A DNA stretch of 38,231 nucleotides, taken from the sequence record DRR723986_4209; one strand, written 5' to 3'. Shown one piece after another: positions 31,347 to 38,231 of this stretch; positions within the stretch are counted from its first letter, which is position 1, and each line of letters begins with the position of its first letter. A model generated the notes under the pieces. That model worked only from the letters and a program-made list of their open reading frames with translations, searched no databases and had not been told where the DNA came from. The translations under genes were made by a program, and so were the position numbers.

Positions 31347-32473
31347 CACGACGCCTGCGCGCTGGCCAGTGCTTTGGGCAAGGCCACCAAAAAGGCTTCA
31401 TTTTCATGAGGAAGGCCAACGGACACGCGCAACCATTGCGGCAAACCATAGCCATTGACAGGACGAACGATCACGCCCAAACGCTGAAGGGCATCAAACA
31501 CCTTTATACCGGCGTCATCAGTATTGCCAGCCTTGAACAATACAAAATTGCCATAGGAAGGCACGTACTCTAAACCGAGGAACTTCAACCCACTTTCGAT
31601 CTGCTCAAGCCCCTTGAGATTCACCTCATAGGTTTGTTGCAGGAATTCGACATCATCAATTGCGGCCTCTGCCGCAGCAAGTGCCAATGAATTGACATTG
31701 AAGGGCTGGCGAACGCGGTTCATCAAATCGGCCACCTCAACGCTGGACACTGCATATCCCACTCGCAAACCTGCCAGGCCATAGGCCTTGGAGAAACTGC
31801 GCGACACCAGCAGATTGGGGAATTGTGCAACCCACTGGGTGGAATCATACTGATCCTCGGGTTTCAGAAATTCGTTGTAGGCCTCATCAAGCACAACCAG
31901 CACATTCGATGGCACCTGCTTCAAAAAGGCAAGCAACTTTTCCTGCGGCAGAAAGGTACCTGTCGGGTTGTTGGGGTTAGCGATGAAAACCACACGGGTT
32001 TGTGAATCGATTGCGTTCAAAAACCCGTCGAGATCGTGGGTAAAACACACCGCAGGAACCACCTTCGACTCGGCACCACAACCCTGAGTAGCCAGAGGAT
32101 AAACCGCGAAAGCATACTGCGAAAACACGGCATTGGTGCCCTGCGTTAGAAAGGCTTTCGCTGCCAACTCCAACACATCGTTCGACCCGTTGCCCAAGGT
32201 GATTTGTTCGGGTTTCACGCCATGACGAGCGACCAATTTGGCTTTCAAGGCAAATCCGTTGGCATCGGGATAGCGCCCCAGGTCGACCGCGGCTTTCGCA
32301 ATGGCTGCTTTGGCTTTCTCGCCCAAACCCAAAGGATTTTCATTGGAGGCCAGCTTGACCACCATGTGTGGATCGAGCCCCAATTCACGGACCACATCAG
32401 AGACTGGCTTGCCAGCCTTGTAAGGGGCGATGGCGCGAATGAATTCTGGGGCTTGCTCGGTCAGTTTTTGCAT
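31346..32473 (-). CDS. hisC: Histidinol-phosphate/aromatic aminotransferase
   Basis: KLASNENPLG, GNGSNDV, NPNNPTG, DEAY, RSFSKAYGLAGLRVGY. Confidence 0.93.
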   Translation of the reverse strand: MQKLTEQAPEFIRAIAPYKAGKPVSDVVRELGLDPHMVVKLASNENPLGLGEKAKAAIAKAAVDLGRYPDANGFALKAKLVARHGVKPEQITLGNGSNDVLELAAKAFLTQGTNAVFSQYAFAVYPLATQGCGAESKVVPAVCFTHDLDGFLNAIDSQTRVVFIANPNNPTGTFLPQEKLLAFLKQVPSNVLVVLDEAYNEFLKPEDQYDSTQWVAQFPNLLVSRSFSKAYGLAGLRVGYAVSSVEVADLMNRVRQPFNVNSLALAAAEAAIDDVEFLQQTYEVNLKGLEQIESGLKFLGLEYVPSYGNFVLFKAGNTDDAGIKVFDALQRLGVIVRPVNGYGLPQWLRVSVGLPHENEAFLVALPKALASAQAS

Positions 32474-32483
32474 GGTGCTGCTT

Positions 32484-33575
32484 TCAATTGCGTTGTGCGG
32501 CCGGGTATGAACCCAGGACTTTCAAAAAGGATGCATTCTTTCTCAATTGATCAAGGGCCTTAGATACGGCAGGCTCAGTTTGATGACCTTGCAAATCAAT
32601 AAAGAAATAGTACTCCCAGCGGCCGTTGCGGGCAGGTCGAGACTCCAGTCGGGTCATGGACACATTCTCGGCATTGAACGGTTCCAGCATTTTGTATACG
32701 GCGCCCGGTTGATTGGGCACTGAGGCAACCAAACTGGTCTTGTCCTGCCCAGAGGGTCCAGTGGCCTGGTTGCCCAGAACCAGAAAACGCGTGGTATTGT
32801 GCGCATCGTCCTGGATATGCTCTTGAAATGCCTTTAGACCATATCGTTCTCGCGCAGCCTGACCGGCAATAGCTGCCACGTTGGCATTTTCACTGGCCAA
32901 TCGAGCTGCCACACCGTTGCTTGCAACTGTTTCTTGTTGAATGTGTGGTGCATAGTGGGACAGCCAGTTACGGCACTGCGCCAAAGCCTGCGGATGTGCG
33001 CAAATTTTCTCGATGCCCTCAAGCGATCCTGTCTGACATAGCAGTTGATGATGAATCGCCAACTGAACTTCACCGCACACCAGAGCAGTCGATTCAACCA
33101 AGGCATCCAGGGTGCGGGCTACAGATCCTTCTGTGGAGTTTTCTACGGGCACCACTGCGAAATCCACCTGCTGAGCTTGCAACTGGCGAAATGCTTCTTC
33201 AATCGTGTCGACGGGCTCAGCCTGAACACAATGCCCAAAGAAAGACCACACCGCCTGTTCGCTGTACGTGCCCAAGGGGCCAAGGAACGCCACATGTACC
33301 TCGCGCTCTAGGGAGCGGCAAGCCGACATGATCTCCTTGAACAAAGTGTTGACGTGTTGGGCGCTCAAAGGTCCGCTGTTGGCTGCATTCAGTTTGTCGA
33401 GTACCTGTGCCTCTCGCTCGGGGCGCATGACTGGGGCATCGGTTTTTGCTTTCACATGGCCGATTGACTGGGCCAGACTCGCTCGCTTGTTCAGCAATAC
33501 CAGCATTTGCTGATCGATTTCGTCGATCTGATCACGAAACTTCAACAACTCGGCATTGATATCCGGGGTATCCAT
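32484..33575 (-). CDS. pheA: Chorismate mutase/prephenate dehydratase (P-protein)
   Basis: AroQ domain RDQIDEID...RPERE, FLGPLGTYSE, VPVENSTEG, NTTRFLV, ACT domain MTRLESRP; ATG overlaps the serC stop. Confidence 0.95.
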   Translation of the reverse strand: MDTPDINAELLKFRDQIDEIDQQMLVLLNKRASLAQSIGHVKAKTDAPVMRPEREAQVLDKLNAANSGPLSAQHVNTLFKEIMSACRSLEREVHVAFLGPLGTYSEQAVWSFFGHCVQAEPVDTIEEAFRQLQAQQVDFAVVPVENSTEGSVARTLDALVESTALVCGEVQLAIHHQLLCQTGSLEGIEKICAHPQALAQCRNWLSHYAPHIQQETVASNGVAARLASENANVAAIAGQAARERYGLKAFQEHIQDDAHNTTRFLVLGNQATGPSGQDKTSLVASVPNQPGAVYKMLEPFNAENVSMTRLESRPARNGRWEYYFFIDLQGHQTEPAVSKALDQLRKNASFLKVLGSYPAAQRN

Positions 33576-34693
33576 CAAGCCTCCGTTTTCTCGAAATCGC
33601 GCATGAAATCCACCAAAGCTTTCACACCCTCAAGGGGCATCGCGTTGTAGATCGAGGCCCGCATGCCACCCACCGATTTGTGCCCTTTCAGCTGCACCAA
33701 ACCATGCTCGGCAGCCTTGCTCAGAAAGCTGGCATTCAGCGATTCATCAGCCAGTGTGAATGGCACATTCATGCGGGAACGGTCTTGCCGGCGAACTGGG
33801 CAATTGTACAAATCGCTGTCATCGATAGTGTTGTACAACAAGGCAGCTTTTTCCTGAGCTTGTGCTTGCGCCCATGAAACACCGCCCTGCTCAATTAACC
33901 ATTCAAACACCAAACCGGCAACGTAAATCGAATAGGTGGGCGGGGTGTTGTACATGGAACCGTTTTCAGCCACGGTCCCAAAGGCAAATGCAGAAGGACA
34001 AATGGGCAAGGCTCGATTGAGCAATTCTTGATCTACGACGACGATGGTGACACCAGCCGGGCCCACATTTTTTTGCGCGCCACCATAAATCAACCCGTAT
34101 TTACTCACTTCAATTGGTTTGGACAGAATGTTTGAGGACATGTCCGCCACCACCGGGCAATCCAACTGACTGGCGAGGGTCTCAATTTGTCCGTTGAATT
34201 CAACACCACTGATGGTTTCATTGTCGCAATAGTGCAGATAGGCCATTTGTTGACCATTCACTCGATCGAGTAAGGACGCGCACTCAGGCACATAACAAGC
34301 AGCCGCGCAGTCGACCAAGGCGTTGGCGTTGTCCAGAACCACCCGCGCCAGCCCGTACTTCGAAAATTCCTTGGTGGTCTTTTTCGACCAAGCACCAGTA
34401 TTGACGAATGCGGCTTGCTCAAACCCTTGAAGCAAATTCATGGGCACAATTGCATTCATACCTACGGCACCACCCTGCATGAACAATACGTCGTGCGAGT
34501 CAGGCACATTCAACAGCTTGCGAAAGTCATCACGGGTTTTTTCAAAAATCCGGGTGTATTCAGGGCTGCGATGACTCATTTCCATCACAGACAAACCCTT
34601 GCCCTGCCAATCCAGCATTTCCTCGGCAGCCCGACGCAAGACCGACTCAGGCAAGGCTGCCGGACCAGCTGAAAAATTCCAAACTCTAGACAT
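33575..34693 (-). CDS. serC: Phosphoserine aminotransferase
   Basis: NFSAGPA, EMSHRS, DMSSNILS, GAQKNVGPAG, YNTPPT, GHKSVGGMRASIYNA; start at MSRVW. Confidence 0.96.
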   Translation of the reverse strand: MSRVWNFSAGPAALPESVLRRAAEEMLDWQGKGLSVMEMSHRSPEYTRIFEKTRDDFRKLLNVPDSHDVLFMQGGAVGMNAIVPMNLLQGFEQAAFVNTGAWSKKTTKEFSKYGLARVVLDNANALVDCAAACYVPECASLLDRVNGQQMAYLHYCDNETISGVEFNGQIETLASQLDCPVVADMSSNILSKPIEVSKYGLIYGGAQKNVGPAGVTIVVVDQELLNRALPICPSAFAFGTVAENGSMYNTPPTYSIYVAGLVFEWLIEQGGVSWAQAQAQEKAALLYNTIDDSDLYNCPVRRQDRSRMNVPFTLADESLNASFLSKAAEHGLVQLKGHKSVGGMRASIYNAMPLEGVKALVDFMRDFEKTEA

Positions 34694-34732
34694 GCTCGCC
34701 CTGTGCAATCAACCGTTCAAACCATTTTCAAT

Positions 34733-37345
34733 TCATTCATCAGCAGGTGCTGAATCACCATTCTCTTCGGACTCACCAAGATCCTCAGCGTCTGACTCAA
34801 CAATGCGCTGCAATCCTGAAAGCCATGTACCCTCGTCCACGCTGATCAAAGTGACGCCCTGTGTTGCACGACCCATTTCACGAATTTCTGATACCCGAGT
34901 TCGAACCAGCACACCACCGGTGGTGATCAACATGATTTCATCCGTTGGGTTGACGAGCACCGCAGAAACGACTTTGCCATTGCGCTCCGAAGTTTGAATC
35001 GCGATCATGCCTTTGGTACCGCGACCATGTCGTGTGTACTCGGAAACTGGCGTGCGCTTTCCAAAACCGTTCTCGGTGGCGGTGAGCACGGACTGCTGTT
35101 CACTTTCCGCCACCAGCATGGCAATGACTCGCTGCCCTTCTTCAAGATTCATGCCGCGAACACCACGTGCATTGCGACCCATGGCGCGCACATCATTTTC
35201 ATCGAAACGGACTGCCTTGCCGGAATCGCTGAACAACATGACATCGTTGGTGCCGTTGGTCATCGCTGCACCAATCAAGAAGTCACCTTCATCCAAATTC
35301 ACGGCAATAATGCCGCGCTTCATGGGCCTTGAAAAATCGCTCAGCTTTGACTTTTTAACTGTACCCAGGCTGGTGGCCATGAACACATACTTGTCGTCAT
35401 CTTCAAAACTTTTTACCGGTAACACCGCAGTGATTTTTTCACCCTCAGCCAAGGGGAACATATTGATGATTGGGCGACCACGTGAGGTGCGCGAACCTTG
35501 AGGCACTTCATACACCTTGAGCCAATACACGCGACCTGCGTTACTGAAGTACAAAATCGTGTCATGGGTGTTGGCCACAAACAGGTAATCAATCCAGTCG
35601 TCGTCTTTGGTGGTGGCCGCCTGTTTCCCGCGTCCACCGCGTTTTTGAGCCCGGTATTCGGTCAGTGGCTGACTCTTGATGTAGCCGGAATGGGACAAGG
35701 TAACCACCATGTCTTGCGGGGTGATCAGATCTTCGGTGCCCAGTTCGGTGGCGTTGAATTCGATCATTGAGCGACGTTCGTCAGCAAACTCGTTGCCAAT
35801 CGACGTCAGTTCATCTTTGATGATCTGGTTGATGCGCTCTGGCTTGGACAAAATGTCGAGCAGGTCAGCAATCTGATCGATCACTTCTTTGTACTCATTC
35901 AAAATTTTGTCTTGCTCAAGGCCCGTCAAGCGCTGCAAACGCATGTTCAGAATTTCCTGCGCCTGCACTTCGCTCAAGCGGTACATACCATCGTCCTGCA
36001 ATCCCAGGCGGGCTGGCAAACCTTCGGGGCGGAAGGCTTTTGCACCACCCGAATCGCCCAGTTCCGTACGCGACAACATTTCCCGAACAATCGAGGAGTC
36101 CCAGCTTTTGGCAACCAGATCTGCTTTCGCCACGGGTGGCGTGGGTGCGGCCTTGATGATTGCAATGAATTCATCAATGTTGGCAAGCGCCACTGCCAAA
36201 CCTTCCAAAACATGACCACGGTCACGGGCCTTTCGCAGCTCAAATACAGTGCGGCGGGTGATGACCTCACGCCGATGACGGAGGAAATAGAAAATCAGGT
36301 CCCGCAAGTTCAACAAACGGGGCTGTCCATCGACCAGCGCGACCATGTTGATACCGAAGGTGTCCTGAAGCTGGGTGTTCTTGTAAAGGTTATTCAAGAT
36401 AACCTCAGGTACCTCGCCACGCTTCAGTTCGATCACCACCCGGATACCGTCTTTATCGGACTCATCACGGATGTCGGAAATACCTTCAATCTTCTTTTCA
36501 GACACCAACTCGGCGATTCGCTCAAGCAGTGATTTCTTATTCACCTGATAAGGCAGCTCGTCCACAATAATGGCCTGGCGGTTGCCTTTGTCCAGATCTT
36601 CAAAATGCGTTTTCGCACGCATGACCACGCGGCCGCGGCCGGTTCGGTAGCCCTCTCGCACGCCCTGAATGCCATAAATGATGCCCGCGGTGGGGAAATC
36701 TGGCGCAGGAATCAACTCAATCAAGTCATCGACCGTGCACTCCGGTACGTCAATCGCATAAAGGCAGGCCGCAACCACTTCTTTCAGGTTATGGGGGGGC
36801 ATGTTGGTGGCCATGCCCACAGCGATGCCTGACGAACCATTGACCAGCAAATTCGGCAAGCGCGCAGGCAACACCTTGGGCTCGCGCTCGCTGCCATCGT
36901 AGTTCGGCCCGAAATCGACAGTCTCCTTGTCGATGTCCAGCAGCATTTCCTGGGCGATCTTGGCGAGGCGAATTTCGGTATAACGCATGGCCGCTGCGTT
37001 ATCACCGTCGATTGAACCGAAGTTGCCCTGACCATCGACCAGCATGTAGCGCAACGAAAAATCTTGTGCCATACGCACAATGGTGTCGTAAACCGCAGAA
37101 TCACCGTGTGGGTGGTATTTACCGATCACATCACCCACAATACGGGCTGATTTTTTGTATGCGCGGTTCCAGTCATTGTTCAACTCGTGCATCGCAAACA
37201 GAACACGGCGGTGTACCGGCTTCAGGCCGTCACGCACATCGGGCAGCGCACGCCCCACGATTACGCTCATGGCGTAGTCAAGGTACGACCTGCGCATCTC
37301 CTCTTCAAGACTGATAGGGAGCGTTTCTTTTGCGAATGAATCCAT
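34733..37345 (-). CDS. gyrA: DNA gyrase subunit A
   Basis: [29 protein letters not shown], catalytic AAMRYTE, GyrA-box QKRGGRG, C-terminal pinwheel repeats. Confidence 0.98.
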   Translation of the reverse strand: MDSFAKETLPISLEEEMRRSYLDYAMSVIVGRALPDVRDGLKPVHRRVLFAMHELNNDWNRAYKKSARIVGDVIGKYHPHGDSAVYDTIVRMAQDFSLRYMLVDGQGNFGSIDGDNAAAMRYTEIRLAKIAQEMLLDIDKETVDFGPNYDGSEREPKVLPARLPNLLVNGSSGIAVGMATNMPPHNLKEVVAACLYAIDVPECTVDDLIELIPAPDFPTAGIIYGIQGVREGYRTGRGRVVMRAKTHFEDLDKGNRQAIIVDELPYQVNKKSLLERIAELVSEKKIEGISDIRDESDKDGIRVVIELKRGEVPEVILNNLYKNTQLQDTFGINMVALVDGQPRLLNLRDLIFYFLRHRREVITRRTVFELRKARDRGHVLEGLAVALANIDEFIAIIKAAPTPPVAKADLVAKSWDSSIVREMLSRTELGDSGGAKAFRPEGLPARLGLQDDGMYRLSEVQAQEILNMRLQRLTGLEQDKILNEYKEVIDQIADLLDILSKPERINQIIKDELTSIGNEFADERRSMIEFNATELGTEDLITPQDMVVTLSHSGYIKSQPLTEYRAQKRGGRGKQAATTKDDDWIDYLFVANTHDTILYFSNAGRVYWLKVYEVPQGSRTSRGRPIINMFPLAEGEKITAVLPVKSFEDDDKYVFMATSLGTVKKSKLSDFSRPMKRGIIAVNLDEGDFLIGAAMTNGTNDVMLFSDSGKAVRFDENDVRAMGRNARGVRGMNLEEGQRVIAMLVAESEQQSVLTATENGFGKRTPVSEYTRHGRGTKGMIAIQTSERNGKVVSAVLVNPTDEIMLITTGGVLVRTRVSEIREMGRATQGVTLISVDEGTWLSGLQRIVESDAEDLGESEENGDSAPADE

Positions 37346-37446
37346 GTTTCTTCTTGTGTTGAATTATTTGACTGAAGGAATAACAATCCTGAGCGCTGCC
37401 ATTCATGGCGGCGTCACATCTCTGGCGCTACACTTGCAAGCTTTCG

Positions 37447-37455
37447 ATTGTATCA
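37447..37455 (-). promoter_or_regulatory. Putative extended -10 promoter for gyrA
   Basis: Minus strand TG-A-TACAAT about 100 bp upstream of the gyrA start; no clear -35. Confidence 0.35.
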
Positions 37456-37514
37456 GCCAAAATCGCTGAAACTGGGCGCAATGGTGCGTTCCAAATCATC
37501 TAGTGACCCTGCCC

Positions 37515-38231
37515 ATGCAACTGCTGACCCCCCAATGGCTCTTGTGCCTGAACCACACCACTGAAGTACTTGAAAACCAGGCGGTTTTGATTAACCAAGA
37601 TCAAATTCAGGCCATTGGCCCACGCGAGGAAATGCTATTGGCGCACCCAAACGCAGAAAGGGTTGATCTACCCGGGCAAGTGCTGATGCCTGGCCTCATT
37701 AACTGCCACACGCACGCGGCCATGAATATCCTGCGAGGTGCTGCCGACGACCTGGCCCTGCATGACTGGTTACAAACCCGGATTTGGCCCCTTGAGGGTG
37801 AATTGGCCGATGCTGAGTTTGTGTATGACGGCACAGTATTGGCCGCCGCCGAGATGCTTCAGGGCGGAATCACCACTTTCAACGACATGTATTTTTACCC
37901 CGACCAAGTTGTTCAAGCAGCTCTAGATGTGGGTTCACGCGTATTTGCAGGCATCACCGTGATTGAATTCCCGACCCGCTACGCCGCGGAGGCCAAGCAA
38001 TACATCGAACTGGGGATAGCGGCACGCGATAAATTCAAACATGAAAACACCGTGCATTGGACAATCGCTCCGCATGCACCTTACACGGTGAGTGATGACA
38101 CCTTCCGGCATATGGCGATGCTGGCCGAGGAGCTTGACTTGCCCGTTCACTGCCATCTGCATGAGACCGCGAGTGAAGTCAGTGATGCGGAAAGCCGGGA
38201 CGGCAAACGGCCGTTTGCCAGGTTTGAACAA
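37515..38231 (+). CDS. TRZ/ATZ-family amidohydrolase, MtaD-like (5'-methylthioadenosine/SAH deaminase); runs off the window end
   Basis: Not in the ORF track because there is no stop in the window; hand translation from ATG 37515 gives MQLLTPQW...LMPGLINCHTHAAM...DWLQTRIWPLE...GITTFNDMYF...APHAPYTVSD...HCHLHET; alternative in-frame GTG at 37503. Confidence 0.88.
   Translation, partial: MQLLTPQWLLCLNHTTEVLENQAVLINQDQIQAIGPREEMLLAHPNAERVDLPGQVLMPGLINCHTHAAMNILRGAADDLALHDWLQTRIWPLEGELADAEFVYDGTVLAAAEMLQGGITTFNDMYFYPDQVVQAALDVGSRVFAGITVIEFPTRYAAEAKQYIELGIAARDKFKHENTVHWTIAPHAPYTVSDDTFRHMAMLAEELDLPVHCHLHETASEVSDAESRDGKRPFARFEQ

Noticed and set aside
34733..37345. Quinolone-resistance mutation or intein in gyrA
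   Set aside because: QRDR reads HGDSAVYD (Ser83 and Asp87 equivalents unchanged) and the 870-aa length leaves no room for an intein

Overview
A core-genome window from a betaproteobacterium (Burkholderiales-like gene order and proteins; genus cannot be fixed from sequence alone). It is densely packed with housekeeping genes: uvrD | leuS-lptE-holA-proA-hemJ-rlmL | gpx, pilT | yggS-proC | ubiA, oxyR, KimA-like APC transporter | ridA-recG | rpsP-rimM-trmD-rplS | TM2/NINE membrane protein | the gyrA-serC-pheA-hisC-tyrA-aroA-cmk-rpsA-ihfB-lapA-lapB-hldA-hldD supraoperon | and a 3'-truncated TRZ/ATZ (MtaD-like) amidohydrolase that the ORF track misses. I see no mobile element, CRISPR array, tRNA/rRNA, prophage or defence system, and no convincing new multi-gene system. 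The best leads are: (1) a candidate ~110-nt sRNA downstream of hldD (5' hairpin, anti-Shine-Dalgarno tract, terminator) with an FNR-like box upstream; (2) a KimA-like transporter with its K+-binding residues replaced; (3) a class II, Pseudomonas-like aroA in the native operon position; (4) several cis-elements (LexA box at uvrD, a terminator between rpsP and rimM, possible rplS and rpsA leaders). Family assignments come from recognised motifs, not database searches.
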